In this document: piece by piece, positions 26,748 through 38,092 of the stretch
How positions within the stretch are numbered: position 1 is the stretch's first letter
Layout of the letters: every line of letters starts with the position of its first letter
NCBI GenBank assembly: GCA_038745065.1
Contig: JBCDLT010000032.1
Location: forward strand, 1,225-65,224
Direction of reading: 5' to 3'
Source: Pseudomonadota bacterium
GTDB taxonomy: Bacteria > Pseudomonadota > Alphaproteobacteria > Rhizobiales > JANQQB01
Length of the DNA stretch: 64,000 nt
Made by a program: the position numbers and the translations under genes
The notes under the pieces: generated by a model
What the model was told of the DNA's origin: nothing
Database searches by the model: none
Seen by the model: the letters and a program-made list of their open reading frames with translations, nothing else

Positions 26748-27353
26748 ATGTTTACAGGCATCGTGTCCGACGTCGGGACAGTCGTGTCGGCCGAAGACCG
26801 CGCGTCGGGCAAGCGCTTCCGGATTGCCACGGCCTATCCGGCCGACGGCATCGCGCTTGGTGCTTCGATCGCCTGCGCGGGCTGTTGCCTGACGGTGGTC
26901 GACCGCGGCCCCACGGGCAAGCCCGACCAGCCGACCTGGTTCGATGTCGACGTTTCGACGGAATCGCTCGACAAGACAACGGCCGGAAGCTGGACCGCCG
27001 GCACGGCGCTCAATCTCGAACGATCCCTCAAGATGGGCGATGAACTGGGCGGCCACATGGTTTCGGGTCATGTCGACGGTACGGCGCGCATCCTGTCGCG
27101 CACGGACGACGCGGACATGGCGGTCTTCTGGTTCGAGGTTCCCGAAAGCCTGAAACGCTTCGTGGCGCAAAAAGGCTCCGTCGCACTCGACGGCACGTCG
27201 CTTACCGTCAATGACGTTGAGGACAACCGCTTCAGTGTGATGATCATCCCGCATACTCAGGCGGTCACCACGTGGGGCGGCTCCGCATCGGGCGATTCCG
27301 TCAACTTCGAAGTTGACATGATGGCCCGCTACGTCGCCCGTCTCAACGAATGA
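26748..27353 (+). CDS. Riboflavin synthase alpha chain (ribC/ribE; nomenclature varies)
   Basis: MFTGIV.D.G.V... with the duplicated lumazine-binding halves (GDS.N.E.D..ARY). Confidence 0.95.
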   Translation: MFTGIVSDVGTVVSAEDRASGKRFRIATAYPADGIALGASIACAGCCLTVVDRGPTGKPDQPTWFDVDVSTESLDKTTAGSWTAGTALNLERSLKMGDELGGHMVSGHVDGTARILSRTDDADMAVFWFEVPESLKRFVAQKGSVALDGTSLTVNDVEDNRFSVMIIPHTQAVTTWGGSASGDSVNFEVDMMARYVARLNE

Positions 27354-27449
27354 AAGAGCCCGCTTGCGGCCATGGCCGGGCTGCCGAAAAGCCGCTGGAC
27401 AAACCGACGTCGGCATGATTGTGATCCGCCAAAATAGGGAGGCGCACTC

Positions 27450-27911
27450 ATGGCCGACGACGTTCTGCATATTCTGATCATCGATGCTCCGTATTATGCT
27501 GAAATCACTGCGGAACTGCTCGCCGGCGCGACGGCTGTGCTGGACGATGCCGGCGTGACCTACGAGCGCATTTCGGTGCCGGGTGTGTTTGAGATTCCGG
27601 CAGCCCTGTCGATGGCGTCTTTGTCCGGCGACATGGGACACCGGGATTATGACGGGTATATATTGCTGGGATGTGTCATCCGGGGCGAGACATCGCATTA
27701 CGACATCGTTGCCAATGAATCGGCGCGCGCCTTGCAGGATCTGGCGGTCTCGGAAGCCCTTGCAGTTGGCAACGGCATTCTGACGGTAGACAATGCCGAT
27801 CAGGCGTGGGCCCGTGCCAAGCGGGACCAGAAAAACAAGGGGCGCGACGCGGCCGAGGCCGCCTTGCGCATGGCCCAGTTGCGACGCGAGATGGGCGTTA
27901 CGGAGATCTAG
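27450..27911 (+). CDS. ribH: 6,7-dimethyl-8-ribityllumazine synthase
   Basis: ...VPGVFEIPAA....YDG...LGCVIRGETSHYD.VANE....L......A.GNGILT... Preceded by AGGGAGG. Confidence 0.95.
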   Translation: MADDVLHILIIDAPYYAEITAELLAGATAVLDDAGVTYERISVPGVFEIPAALSMASLSGDMGHRDYDGYILLGCVIRGETSHYDIVANESARALQDLAVSEALAVGNGILTVDNADQAWARAKRDQKNKGRDAAEAALRMAQLRREMGVTEI

Positions 27912-28421
27912 GTGAGCGGCGATCAGAAAGCGGAAATGCCGGCGCGGCCCGTCAAGGGTGTCAACAAGCGAGGCGCGGCACGGCTGGCGGCGATCCAGGC
28001 CCTCTACCAGATGGAAGTGGGCGGTACGGATCTGCAGACGGTGATCGCCGAATTCGAAACCTTCCGGCTCGGCAAGGAACTCGACGGCGATCAGTATCGC
28101 GACGCCGATCCGGCATGGTTTCGAGACTTGATGGCCGGCACGGTACGTGATCAGCGCCAGCTCGATCCGTTGATTCATACCGCGCTGCAGGGCAATTGGC
28201 CGCTCGCCAGGCTGGACGCCACCCTCCGCGCCATTCTGCGGGCAGGGGCGTACGAATTGGCAAACCGCAAAGACGTTCCCGCCGCCGTGGTGATTACGGA
28301 ATATGTGACGGTTGCGCAGGCCTTTTTCGACGGCGATGAGCCGCGAATCATCAACGGGGTCCTCGACCAGATCGCCCGGCGCCTGCGGGCGGACGAAGTC
28401 CGTCACGCCGCCTCGCGCTGA
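27912..28421 (+). CDS. nusB: Transcription antitermination factor NusB
   Basis: ...[16 protein letters not shown].......F... ILR.GAYEL....DVPA.VVI.EYV..A. Immediately follows ribH. Confidence 0.95.
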   Translation: MSGDQKAEMPARPVKGVNKRGAARLAAIQALYQMEVGGTDLQTVIAEFETFRLGKELDGDQYRDADPAWFRDLMAGTVRDQRQLDPLIHTALQGNWPLARLDATLRAILRAGAYELANRKDVPAAVVITEYVTVAQAFFDGDEPRIINGVLDQIARRLRADEVRHAASR

Positions 28422-28436
28422 ACCGGACCGGCGGCG

Positions 28437-29456
28437 ATGGCACACGACCCCCATCCTGTCGCGCCAGGCCGCCCGGGTGAATTCGATCTGATCGCCGGCT
28501 ACTTTGCGCCGCTGGCATCCCGGCCCGGCGCTTTCGGACTGCTCGACGATGCAGCCTGCCTGCCGGTCCTGCCAGGCACCGATATCGTAGTCACCAAGGA
28601 TTCGCTGGCCGCCAATGTGCACTTTCTGGACACCGATCCGCCGGACCTGATCGCGCGCAAGGCGCTCCGGGTCAACCTTTCCGATCTCGCTGCAAAAGGC
28701 GCCGAGCCATTCGCCTATTTCCTTTCGCTCGCGCTGCCTCCCGACTGGACCGAGGCCTGGATTGCCGACTTTACAAGGGGGTTGCGCGAGGACCAGGACA
28801 CGTATGGTGTCGACCTTTATGGCGGTGACACCCTGAAATCCCCGGGTGGCCTTGTCGTGTCGATCACGGCGATCGGCCGTCTGCCGACAGACACGATGGT
28901 GACCCGCCTCGGCGGCCGCTCCGACGATCTGCTCTTCGTCACCGGCACGATCGGCGATGCGGCGCTAGGGCTGAAAGTCCATGCCGGCCGCCCGGAAGTG
29001 GACGAATGGCACCTGTCGCCGTGCCAGCAGGCGGAATTGCGCGATCGATACCTGCTTCCCCGACCGCGTGTCGCCCTCAGCGAAGCGGTGCGCGCCCATG
29101 CAAGTGCTGCGATGGATGTCTCCGACGGGCTGTTGGGTGACCTTGGCAAACTGTGCCGGGCCTCCGGTCTTGGCGCGGTGCTGCACTCGGACCAAGTGCC
29201 GCTTTCAGCGCCTGTCGCGACCGCGATCGAGAGCGGCGGCGCCGGACTCGACCTTGCTTTGGACGGCGGCGACGATTATGAGGTGCTCGTGGCGATACCG
29301 CCGGAGCGTCAGGCCGGTTTTGAGGCAGACGCGGCGGCGGTCGGCATTCCGGCGACCCGGATCGGGTCCCTGACAAAATTTGCGCCGGGCGTATCGGTTA
29401 TCGATGCGGGCGGCGAGACGGTACCGATGCGCAGCCGCTCGTTCGAGCATTTCTGA
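28437..29456 (+). CDS. thiL: Thiamine-monophosphate kinase
   Basis: GEFDLI......LLDDAA...VVTKD.L...VHF......DL..KALRVNLSDLAAKGA.P......GGDT... AIR-synthase-like fold motifs. nusB-thiL synteny. Confidence 0.9.
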   Translation: MAHDPHPVAPGRPGEFDLIAGYFAPLASRPGAFGLLDDAACLPVLPGTDIVVTKDSLAANVHFLDTDPPDLIARKALRVNLSDLAAKGAEPFAYFLSLALPPDWTEAWIADFTRGLREDQDTYGVDLYGGDTLKSPGGLVVSITAIGRLPTDTMVTRLGGRSDDLLFVTGTIGDAALGLKVHAGRPEVDEWHLSPCQQAELRDRYLLPRPRVALSEAVRAHASAAMDVSDGLLGDLGKLCRASGLGAVLHSDQVPLSAPVATAIESGGAGLDLALDGGDDYEVLVAIPPERQAGFEADAAAVGIPATRIGSLTKFAPGVSVIDAGGETVPMRSRSFEHF

Positions 29457-29519
29457 CATCTTGCGCATTGCCGGGCGGATCCTTGCAAGGCGGGGTTCGG
29501 CCAGGTCCCAGGGGGTTTC

Positions 29520-30761
29520 ATGACGGTTTCGGCGAGCGCGACAGAACTCCAGATCGATGACGATCTGGCCCGTCGCAATGCGTTGCTGCTGGCCGCCGCA
29601 CAGGCGCTCGGCGGCGCCAACGCGTCGATCGTCATTTCGCTTGGCGGTCTGACCGGGGTCTATCTGCTGGGCGAGGACAAGTCGCTGGCGACACTGCCGA
29701 TCACTGCCATGGTGCTCGGGATCGCCGCCGGCGCGTTGCCGGCGGGTCAGTTGATGCGCCGCGTCGGAAGACGGGCGGGCTTCATCATCGGGGCTCTCGT
29801 CGGATTCTGCGCTGCTGTCGGCGCTACACTGGCCGTTATCGCCGGTTCGTTCGCGCTGTTTTGTTTCGCATCCTTCTTTTCCGGCATCTACGGCGCGTTT
29901 GTGCATCAATATCGCTTTGCCGCGGCCGATACTGCCAGCGAACGCTTCAAGCCGAAGGCGATTTCCTGGGTTATGGCGGGCGGCATCTTAGCCGGTATCA
30001 TTGGACCGCAGACGGTGATCCATACCAAGGACCTGCTGAACCCGTTGATGTTCGCCGGAGCCTATGTCGGGCAGGCGGTACTGACCGTACTGACGATCGG
30101 CGTACTGGTCTTCTTGAAGATCCCGAAACTGCCGGCCGTGCAGCGCCGAGCCTCTGGGCGGCCGATCCTGACCATCATGCGCCAGCGCGGCTTCATTATC
30201 GCCGCCACCAGCGGCATCTGCGCCTATGCGCTGATGAACTACGTCATGACCGCGGCACCGCTGGCTATGGTCGCTTGCGGCTTTACCGCTGCCGATGCTG
30301 CGCTCGGCATTCAATGGCACATCCTTGCGATGTTCGGACCGAGCTTTTTTACCGGCTCGCTGATTGCCCGCTACGGCAAGGTCCGTATCGTCACGATCGG
30401 TTTCATTATGCTTGCCGGCTGCGGCGTGGTCGCATTGCAGGGCATCGAACTGGTGCATTTCTGGGGCGCGCTGATCCTGCTCGGTCTCGGTTGGAACTTT
30501 GCCTTCATCGGTGCGACGGCCATGGTCACCGACACCTATCGTCCCGAGGAGCGCAACAAGGTCCAGGCCGCCAATGACTTCCTGGTCTTCGGCTTCGTGG
30601 CAATCGCCTCGCTGGCATCGGGCAAGACGCTGAACGCCTATGGCTGGGATGCGATCAATTACCTCATCTTTCCGGTCACCGGATTCTGCGTGCTTTTGCT
30701 GCTTCTGTCGGCCTGGACAGGCGACAAACCGGACCCGCGCACCGGTAGTTCTGTGACATAG
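29520..30761 (+). CDS. MFS transporter
   Basis: About 12 hydrophobic segments. An MFS loop motif G.L..R.GRR between TM2 and TM3 (QLMRRVGRRAG). Confidence 0.85.
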   Translation: MTVSASATELQIDDDLARRNALLLAAAQALGGANASIVISLGGLTGVYLLGEDKSLATLPITAMVLGIAAGALPAGQLMRRVGRRAGFIIGALVGFCAAVGATLAVIAGSFALFCFASFFSGIYGAFVHQYRFAAADTASERFKPKAISWVMAGGILAGIIGPQTVIHTKDLLNPLMFAGAYVGQAVLTVLTIGVLVFLKIPKLPAVQRRASGRPILTIMRQRGFIIAATSGICAYALMNYVMTAAPLAMVACGFTAADAALGIQWHILAMFGPSFFTGSLIARYGKVRIVTIGFIMLAGCGVVALQGIELVHFWGALILLGLGWNFAFIGATAMVTDTYRPEERNKVQAANDFLVFGFVAIASLASGKTLNAYGWDAINYLIFPVTGFCVLLLLLSAWTGDKPDPRTGSSVT

Positions 30762-30938
30762 GGTTCAAACCCCGAACGCCGGGGGTTAAAAAACCGAAAC
30801 AAGGGCTTGACGCCGGTTCGCCGCCGACTAGGGTGGCGCGCGATCACGGCGGCGCCCCTACCGAAGCCACATTCCCGATACATCTGATTTGTGGACCTTT
30901 CCTCCCGGCGTTGCGCCAACCTTCGAGAGGACAGAAAT

Positions 30939-33071
30939 ATGACGGAACTGTATCTGGTCATAGCGTGCGGATTTGCATCCGTGCTCTATGGCATTTGGGC
31001 AACCCAGACGCTGCTTGCGGCCGATGCGGGCAATGCCCGTATGCAGGAGATCGCCGGCGCCATTCAGGAAGGCGCGCAGGCCTACCTGTCGCGACAATAT
31101 ACGACGATCGCCATCGTCGGCGTCGTCATCTTCCTCTTGATCGGTTTCGTTAAATTCGGCTGGCTGGTGGCCATCGGCTTCGCCATCGGCGCTATTCTGT
31201 CAGCCGCCGCCGGCTTTATCGGCATGTTGGTCTCGGTTCGTGCCAACGTACGCACGGCCCAGGCCGCAAGCCAGAGCCTGGCAGCCGGTCTGGAAATCGC
31301 CTTTAAATCAGGCGCCGTGACCGGATTGCTCGTTGCCGGCCTGGCGTTGCTCGGCGTGGCCGTATACTTCGTCATCTTGACTGGCCCCATGGGCTTCGGT
31401 CCGACGGACCGCGTTGTTATCGATGCGCTGGTGGCGCTCGGTTTCGGCGCATCGCTGATCTCGATCTTCGCCCGCCTTGGCGGCGGTATCTTCACGAAGG
31501 GCGCCGACGTTGGCGGTGACCTGGTCGGCAAGGTCGAAGCCGGCATTCCCGAAGACGACCCGCGCAATCCGGCCACGATCGCCGACAATGTCGGCGACAA
31601 TGTCGGTGACTGCGCCGGCATGGCGGCCGACCTTTTCGAGACCTATGCCGTGACCATCGTCGCCACGATGGTGCTGGCGGCGATCTTCTTCGGCAACACC
31701 GAGATCGGTCTTGCGTCCATGATCTATCCGCTGGCGATCGGCGGTGTCTGCGTGCTGACGTCCATCATCGGCACGTTTTTCGTCAAGCTGGGGTCGAACA
31801 ATTCGATCATGGGGGCGCTCTACAAGGGCTTCATCGCCACGGCGGTCCTGTCGCTTGTCGCGCTCATTCCGCTGACGATGTACATTTTCGGCGGCCTCGA
31901 CGTTTCGATCCAGCCGTCCCGCGGCGCAGCCTTCACGCCGCTTGATCTCCTGTTGTGCGGTGCCACCGGTCTCATCGTGACCGGCCTGATCATCTGGATC
32001 ACGGAATACTACACCGGCACCGGCTTTCGCCCGGTCAAGTCGATCGCAAAGGCATCGGAGACAGGACACGGCACCAACGTGATCCAGGGCCTGGCGATCT
32101 CGCTGGAGGCAACGGCACTGCCGGCGCTGGTGATCATCGGCGGCATCATGGTCACATACGGTCTTGCCGGCCTCTTCGGCATCGCCATTGCCGTGACGAC
32201 CATGCTGGCACTGGCTGGCATGGTGGTGGCGCTCGACGCGTTCGGACCGGTTACCGACAATGCCGGCGGCATCGCCGAGATGGCCGAACTCCCGGCCGAG
32301 GTACGCGACACGACCGATGCGCTGGACGCGGTCGGCAACACCACCAAGGCCGTGACCAAGGGCTACGCGATCGGTTCTGCCGGGCTTGGCGCGCTGGTCC
32401 TGTTCGCAGCCTATACCGAGGATCTGCGGTTCTTCATCTCCAACACCGACCAATACCCCTTCTTTGAAGGCATCACCGAGGAAACCCTGGACTTCTCGCT
32501 GGCCAATCCGTTTGTCGTGGTCGGTCTGTTCTTCGGCGGGCTCCTGCCATACCTGTTCGGCGGCATCGCAATGACGGCCGTTGGCCGGGCCGGCGGTGCG
32601 GTCGTTGAGGAAGTGCGCCGGCAGTTCCGCGAGAAGCCGGGCATCATGGAAGGCAAGGACCGTCCGGATTACGGCGCTGCGGTCGACATGCTGACCCGCG
32701 CCGCGATCAAGGAAATGATCGTGCCGTCGATGTTGCCGGTCCTGTCTCCGATCGTCATCTTCCTGGTGATCTGGGGCTTTGCCGACAAGGCGAGTGCGTT
32801 TGCTGCGCTGGGCGCCATGCTGCTCGGTGTCATCGTCAACGGCCTGTTCGTCGCGCTTTCCATGACCGCCGGCGGCGGTGCCTGGGATAACGCCAAGAAG
32901 TACATCGAGGACGGCAATCACGGCGGCAAGGGGTCTGAAGCCCACAAGGCCGCAGTGACCGGCGATACGGTCGGCGATCCCTACAAGGACACCGCCGGTC
33001 CGGCCGTCAATCCGATGATCAAGATCACGAACATCGTGGCGCTCTTGCTCCTGGCCTTCCTGGCCCATTGA
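30939..33071 (+). CDS. hppA: Membrane-bound proton-translocating pyrophosphatase (H+-PPase)
   Basis: ...[54 protein letters not shown]...[18 protein letters not shown]...[12 protein letters not shown]...[24 protein letters not shown]. Start at ATG 30939. Confidence 0.95.
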   Translation: MTELYLVIACGFASVLYGIWATQTLLAADAGNARMQEIAGAIQEGAQAYLSRQYTTIAIVGVVIFLLIGFVKFGWLVAIGFAIGAILSAAAGFIGMLVSVRANVRTAQAASQSLAAGLEIAFKSGAVTGLLVAGLALLGVAVYFVILTGPMGFGPTDRVVIDALVALGFGASLISIFARLGGGIFTKGADVGGDLVGKVEAGIPEDDPRNPATIADNVGDNVGDCAGMAADLFETYAVTIVATMVLAAIFFGNTEIGLASMIYPLAIGGVCVLTSIIGTFFVKLGSNNSIMGALYKGFIATAVLSLVALIPLTMYIFGGLDVSIQPSRGAAFTPLDLLLCGATGLIVTGLIIWITEYYTGTGFRPVKSIAKASETGHGTNVIQGLAISLEATALPALVIIGGIMVTYGLAGLFGIAIAVTTMLALAGMVVALDAFGPVTDNAGGIAEMAELPAEVRDTTDALDAVGNTTKAVTKGYAIGSAGLGALVLFAAYTEDLRFFISNTDQYPFFEGITEETLDFSLANPFVVVGLFFGGLLPYLFGGIAMTAVGRAGGAVVEEVRRQFREKPGIMEGKDRPDYGAAVDMLTRAAIKEMIVPSMLPVLSPIVIFLVIWGFADKASAFAALGAMLLGVIVNGLFVALSMTAGGGAWDNAKKYIEDGNHGGKGSEAHKAAVTGDTVGDPYKDTAGPAVNPMIKITNIVALLLLAFLAH

Positions 33072-33115
33072 CGGTGAGCGCCCGGCCGGATTGCCATCCG
33101 GCCTGAAAAGACAAA

Positions 33116-33144
33116 CCCCGCAGTTCCGCACTGCGGGGTTTTTT
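33116..33144. terminator. Bidirectional intrinsic terminator between convergent hppA and bamE
   Basis: ccccgcag (33116-33123) pairs with ctgcgggg (33131-33138). A T-run (33139-33144) lies on the + strand and A-rich sequence lies just upstream, giving a U-tract for the minus-strand transcript. Confidence 0.7.
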
Positions 33145-33196
33145 CTCGGTCAGGAGGATGCGCGACCGTCGCGATATCGGTCCGCGGGCGCCGATA

Positions 33197-33658
33197 TCAG
33201 AACGGCGATACGCGTCCGGCTGCCGACAGGATCTGCGTGATGACCTGGAAGTCCTGTCCGCCGGTGGCTGTCTTGCGGCTGATGAAGTCAATCACCTTGC
33301 CGTCCTGCATGCCGTAATTGGCGATCCGGTCGACCGTCTGCTCTTCGTCAAAATAGACGGCAAGGACCCGTTGGTCGACGATTTCCGGCGCCATGAAGGC
33401 GGTCGTCGCGACCTTTTGCGAAATGTAGTAGAAGACATCGCCTCGCAGCGTGCCCTCGGTCGATGGTGTACCGAGTGCCAGCAGAACCTGTTCGCGGCTC
33501 GAACCCTCCGGTATCTGGGAAAGCGCGTCCTCGGTGACGACGAAGCCGTGCGTCTGGTAGGACGTGAAGCAGCCTCCGAGGCCAACGGACAGGGCGAGCA
33601 CGGCGGCGAGGCCGGCACTGCGCCTGAGATGGGTTCTGACAGGTCGGCCGGAATACAT
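33197..33658 (-). CDS. bamE: Outer membrane protein assembly factor BamE (SmpA/OmlA lipoprotein)
   Basis: Lipobox LSVGLGGC, then ...THGFVV.ED.L..I..GSSREQVLLALGTPST... Start taken at ATG 33658; the ORF is open to 33688. Confidence 0.8.
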   Translation of the reverse strand: MYSGRPVRTHLRRSAGLAAVLALSVGLGGCFTSYQTHGFVVTEDALSQIPEGSSREQVLLALGTPSTEGTLRGDVFYYISQKVATTAFMAPEIVDQRVLAVYFDEEQTVDRIANYGMQDGKVIDFISRKTATGGQDFQVITQILSAAGRVSPF

Positions 33659-33929
33659 CCGGTCATTGGGTGTCATGGAGGACTCCATTCTTTATTCTGA
33701 GCAAGCTTTGTTCCCGGCTTGGGTCCCGCGCCGACTTCGTTTACAGGTTTTGGCGGCGAGCGAAAACCCTTGCCGCGTCATGCGGCTTCAAATTGGCGTT
33801 CTTGCGGCGACGGTCAGACCCGCGGACATCTGATTGCTGCCATGCATCGTATGATCAAGGACCGCGCGTCTGCCGTTCGGGGGTGGCATCCCCGAAACAG
33901 GCATTCCCACAACGAAGACCGGATGTCCC

Positions 33930-34460
33930 ATGATTCTCCGCTGGTTACGCGACACAACGCCTGACGCCGTCTACACTGTCTACACCGCTCTGGTGGACCA
34001 GGCGCGACAACCTCAGTTTTATACGAAAACGGCGGTTCCCGATACCATTGACGGCCGTTTTGACATGATCGTCATGCACTTGGTGCTGTTTTATCGCCGC
34101 ATGGCCGTGGAAAACGCCGAAGCGCGCGATTTCGCACAGAACGTGTTCGATGTTTTCGTCAAGGATATGGATCGCTCGCTTCGGGAGATGGGCGTCGGAG
34201 ATCTCAGCGTGCCGAAGAAGATGAAGAAGATCGGCGAATCCTATTTCGGCCGGACCGAAGCCTATGGCAATGCCCTCGACGAAACAGACCCGTCGGCTTT
34301 GGCCAAAGCCGTGAATCGGAATATATTCGCCGACCGCGCCAACGAGGCCGCGGCAGACCATCTGGCGGCCTACATGCTGCGCGCCGACAAGGCGCTGTCC
34401 GACCAGTCAGCTGAGTCCCTGATGGCCGGTACGATCGATTGGCCAGCGCTGGACGTGTGA
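33930..34460 (+). CDS. Ubiquinol-cytochrome c chaperone (CBP3-like) family protein
   Basis: ...YT.LV.QAR.P.FY....VPDT.DGRFDM...H..L...R......A....Q.VFD.F..DMD.SLREMGVGD..V.KKMKK..E.YFGR. Confidence 0.8.
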   Translation: MILRWLRDTTPDAVYTVYTALVDQARQPQFYTKTAVPDTIDGRFDMIVMHLVLFYRRMAVENAEARDFAQNVFDVFVKDMDRSLREMGVGDLSVPKKMKKIGESYFGRTEAYGNALDETDPSALAKAVNRNIFADRANEAAADHLAAYMLRADKALSDQSAESLMAGTIDWPALDV

Positions 34461-34470
34461 GGAGGGGCCG

Positions 34471-35049
34471 ATGGACGACGAACGGGTGCTGGATTGGACC
34501 TATCTCATCGGCGCGCTTCCGGCCGACGGGGTCGACCTTCACAATGCGGCGGATCCGGCCGATCGTCTTGCGGTCGCGAATGCGCTCGGCCTGGCGTCGG
34601 TGGAATCGCTACAGGCCGAGTGGACTGTCCGCCCGTGGCACCGCTCCGGCGTGCGCGTAATCGGTATCGTAAACGCCGACGTGGTCCAGACCTGCGGTAT
34701 CACGCTTGAACCGGTCGCAGCGCGGATCAGCGAGACCGTCGACAGGCGCTACACCACCGATGAGCGCCTCGTCGCAGTACGCGCCGACGACCGCGGCGGC
34801 TTCGATATCGATCCGGAGGAACCCGATCCGCCGGATCTGTTCGATGGCGAGACGCTCGATCTGGGCGCCATCGCGATGGAACATCTTGCACTGGGCATAG
34901 ATCCGTATCCACGCGCCAAAGACGCGGCATTCGAAGGCTTCGAGACGGCGCAACAAGCAACGCTCGAACCCGAAACGCCGGCTGGCGGCCAGACCTCGCC
35001 GTTTGCCGCCTTGGCGACGTTGTCGGATGGCAAGCCGGCCAAGCGGTAA
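34471..35049 (+). CDS. YceD/DUF177 family protein
   Basis: Acidic protein of about 190 aa. The internal ...V.Q.C.ITLEPV... and DPEEPDPP.....ETLDLG....E.L.L..DPYPR motifs are typical of YceD. Located upstream of plsX as in many bacteria. Confidence 0.8.
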   Translation: MDDERVLDWTYLIGALPADGVDLHNAADPADRLAVANALGLASVESLQAEWTVRPWHRSGVRVIGIVNADVVQTCGITLEPVAARISETVDRRYTTDERLVAVRADDRGGFDIDPEEPDPPDLFDGETLDLGAIAMEHLALGIDPYPRAKDAAFEGFETAQQATLEPETPAGGQTSPFAALATLSDGKPAKR

Positions 35050-35483
35050 GCGTTGCGCACTATTCACAGCCCAGGCCGGCCCGCCAGTCGGCCATTGCCT
35101 CAGGCGTCGAAACGTCTATGGTCAGCGCGTATGGGGCGCCGGTTCGTGGCAACTTTCGGCGGCCCGATGCATGGCGGCATAATCGGGATCCGCGAAGCGG
35201 TCTCGTCGGATGCACAAACGAAAAACAGACATGTCGTCTGCACCAGCGCCAATGCAAAAGGTGAGGCGACGAGGGGGGAACGGGACCCGGCGCGCAAGTG
35301 CCCGGCGCGGATTGATGCAAACCGTGTCGGTCAGGGTTCGCGATACGGCATTGCTCCAAACTGATGGAATCGATCTTCTTTTCTGCGTCCGATTGGTTCC
35401 AATTGGCGGCAGGATAATCTAAGAGATCGCGAGCGGCGGCCCGGCATATCTCGTCCGGCGCAGGCACGATCGGAAAGCGTTCG

Positions 35484-36554
35484 ATGGACAAACCCGTCAG
35501 GATTTCACTGGATGTCATGGGCGGCGACGAGGGCGCCCCGATGGTGATTCCGGGTGCTGAGATCATTTTGCAGCGCCGACCCGATATCGCGTTCGAACTC
35601 TATGGCGACGAAGCCGTTGTCGCGCCGCTGCTTGAGCGGCACCCGAAGGTCAAGGCCGCCTCGACGCTGCACCATTGCGACGTGTCCGTACGCATGGACG
35701 ACCTGCCCAGCCAGGCGCTGCGCAAGGGGCGCTGGAAGTCCAGCATGTGGCGGGCAATCGAGGCGATCAAGACGGATACGGCCGACGTCGCCGTTTCGGC
35801 GGGCAATACCGGCGCGCTGATGGCCATGTCGAAATTCTGCCTGCGGTCGATGGCCGACATCGAACGGCCGGCCATCGCGGCCATATGGCCGACTTTGCGC
35901 GGTGAATCGATCGTTTTGGATGTCGGCGCGACGATTGGCGCGGATTCGAGCCAATTGGTGGATTTCACGATCCTCGGCGGTGCCATGGCGCGAGCCGTCT
36001 TCGGCGTGGAAAAACCGACGGTCGGACTGCTCAATATCGGCGTTGAAGAGGTCAAGGGCCTGGAAGAGGTGCGCACAGCCGGTCGGTTGCTGCGCGAGGC
36101 CGATCTGCCGTTCATGAACTACAAGGGTTTCGTCGAAGGCAACGACATTGGTGTCGGCACCGTCGATGTCGTGGTCACCGAGGGCTTTTCCGGCAACATT
36201 GCGCTGAAGACCGCAGAGGGGACGGCCCGGCAGCTTGCCGGCTATCTGCGCTCCTCCATGTCGCGGTCCTGGATGGCCAAGATCGGCTATATGTTCGCCA
36301 AGGGTGCCTTCGACCGCCTGCGCGTGCGCATGGACCCGCGTAAGGTGAATGGCGGCGTTTTCCTCGGTCTGAACGGGATCGTCATCAAGAGCCATGGCGG
36401 TACCGATGCGGAAGGCTTTGCCAGCGCCGTGGAACTCGGATACGACATGGTCAAGAACGGTTTATTGGAAAAGATTTCGGCGGATGTCGCGCATTATTAT
36501 CGCGACGGAACCGCCGGTAGTGCCGAGGCCGCGTTGGAGGCAAAAGCGTCGTGA
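35484..36554 (+). CDS. plsX: Phosphate acyltransferase PlsX
   Basis: ...[15 protein letters not shown]......[11 protein letters not shown].....L....GI.RPA.A...PT.....V.LD.GA......L..F...G...A....G...P.VGLLNIG.EE.KG... and SHGG. Confidence 0.95.
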   Translation: MDKPVRISLDVMGGDEGAPMVIPGAEIILQRRPDIAFELYGDEAVVAPLLERHPKVKAASTLHHCDVSVRMDDLPSQALRKGRWKSSMWRAIEAIKTDTADVAVSAGNTGALMAMSKFCLRSMADIERPAIAAIWPTLRGESIVLDVGATIGADSSQLVDFTILGGAMARAVFGVEKPTVGLLNIGVEEVKGLEEVRTAGRLLREADLPFMNYKGFVEGNDIGVGTVDVVVTEGFSGNIALKTAEGTARQLAGYLRSSMSRSWMAKIGYMFAKGAFDRLRVRMDPRKVNGGVFLGLNGIVIKSHGGTDAEGFASAVELGYDMVKNGLLEKISADVAHYYRDGTAGSAEAALEAKAS

Positions 36555-37549
36555 AATCCCCTCGCTCCGCGATTGCGGGCCCCCGGTCGGTAATCGCAGG
36601 CACGGGCAGCTATCTCCCGGAAAAGATTCTTACAAACCAGGCTCTGGCCGAAATGGTCGACACGTCGGACGAATGGATCGTGCAGCGCACGGGCATTCGC
36701 CAGCGTCACATCGCGGCCGACGGCGAGATGACCTCCGATCTCGGAGCCGCGGCCGCGCTCCGGGCCCTGGAGGCTTCCGGGCGCTCGATCGAGGAGATCG
36801 ACCTGATCGTGCTGGCAACCTCGACGCCGGACAACACGTTTCCGGCTTCCGCGGTGGCGATCCAGGAAAAGCTCGGCATGCGCCATGGCGCGGCCTTCGA
36901 CATGCAGGCTGTGTGTTCCGGGTTTGTCTATGCCATGGCAACGGCGGATTGTTACATCCGCGGCGGCATGGCCGAGCGCATCCTGGTCATCGGGGCCGAG
37001 ACGTTTTCCCGGATCCTCGACTGGAGCGACCGCACGACCTGCGTGCTGTTCGGCGACGGCGCCGGCGCCGTGGTCCTGGAAGCCGAACCACCGACGGAGG
37101 ACCCGCATCCGCGCGGCGTGTTGACCGCGCAATTGCGCTCCGACGGTCAACACAAGGAAAAGCTCTACGTAGACGGCGGGCCGTCTTCCACGATGACCGT
37201 TGGCCATCTTCGCATGCAGGGCAAGGAAGTGTTTCGCCACGCGGTCGGCATGATCACCGATGTTGTCGACGCCGCGTTCGAGGCGACGGGCACAAACGCC
37301 GACGATCTGGCCTGGTTTGTGCCGCATCAGGCGAACCGGCGAATTATTGACGCAAGTGCCAAAAAACTTGGCATTGCGCCCGAGAAAGTTGTGCTGACGG
37401 TCGACCGCCACGCCAACACTTCTGCCGCTTCCATTCCGTTGGCACTGGACGGACTGGCGCGCGGCGGATCGCTTGGCACCGGTGACCTGGTCATGCTCGA
37501 AGCCATGGGCGGCGGCTTCACATGGGGAGCAATAATACTAAGATATTAG
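36551..37549 (+). CDS. fabH: Beta-ketoacyl-ACP synthase III
   Basis: ...[12 protein letters not shown]...[16 protein letters not shown]......SDL...A....L......ID.IV.ATSTPD..FP..A...Q.KLG.....AFD..A.CSGF.YA...HQAN.RI......GN.S.AS.P.AL. GTG start overlapping the plsX stop. Confidence 0.95.
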   Translation: MKSPRSAIAGPRSVIAGTGSYLPEKILTNQALAEMVDTSDEWIVQRTGIRQRHIAADGEMTSDLGAAAALRALEASGRSIEEIDLIVLATSTPDNTFPASAVAIQEKLGMRHGAAFDMQAVCSGFVYAMATADCYIRGGMAERILVIGAETFSRILDWSDRTTCVLFGDGAGAVVLEAEPPTEDPHPRGVLTAQLRSDGQHKEKLYVDGGPSSTMTVGHLRMQGKEVFRHAVGMITDVVDAAFEATGTNADDLAWFVPHQANRRIIDASAKKLGIAPEKVVLTVDRHANTSAASIPLALDGLARGGSLGTGDLVMLEAMGGGFTWGAIILRY

Positions 37550-37735
37550 ACGTGGCCCTCAACGGCATTTTACCCGGTGTTCGGCATCCAATTCTTGCCC
37601 GAATTCAGGCATATCTCATTGTTTTTCGGTTTGTTCTCGGTTGACCGGGATAGTTCGACACAATACGGTTAATGAGGAGGATGCGAGGCCTCCTGTCAGT
37701 TATGCGGCACTAATAAAGAGGTTTAATGCACTCCG

Positions 37736-38062
37736 ATGGGGGGAAAAACAGTAACCCGCGCGGATCTGTGTGAGGCGGTCTATCAGCGCGTCGGCTTGTC
37801 GAGAACAGAATCCGCGGCGCTTGTGGAGGCGGTTCTCGAGGAGATCTCGGAGAGTCTTGTCCGTGGCGAAAATGTCAAGCTCTCCTCATTCGGGTCCTTT
37901 GTGGTTCGCGAGAAGAATGAGCGCATCGGACGAAATCCGAAAACCGGAGAAGAAGTCCCCATTTCTCCGCGCCGCGTCATGGTTTTCAAGCCGAGTAATG
38001 TCTTGAAGCATAAAATTAATGATAAAATGCTCGGCGATTCGAAGGACGATACGTCCGGCTAA
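37736..38062 (+). CDS. ihfA: Integration host factor subunit alpha
   Basis: ...TRADL.EAVY.....SR.ES..LVE.VL.EI...[37 protein letters not shown]. Confidence 0.95.
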   Translation: MGGKTVTRADLCEAVYQRVGLSRTESAALVEAVLEEISESLVRGENVKLSSFGSFVVREKNERIGRNPKTGEEVPISPRRVMVFKPSNVLKHKINDKMLGDSKDDTSG

Positions 38063-38092
38063 CCACTCGACGCACACGCATAAGAGGGCGAC

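Noticed and set aside
27354-27449. A possible FMN riboswitch upstream of ribH, and similar leaders before ribD and glyA.
   Set aside because: The spacer is only 96 nt and lacks the conserved FMN-element core that I would expect. ribD overlaps nrdR, so it has no leader. The glyA leader shows no ZTP- or THF-like motifs that I can recognise.
26385-28622. A 745-aa minus-strand ORF spanning ribD, the riboflavin synthase gene, ribH and nusB.
   Set aside because: It is antisense to four well-recognised housekeeping genes and has no motifs.
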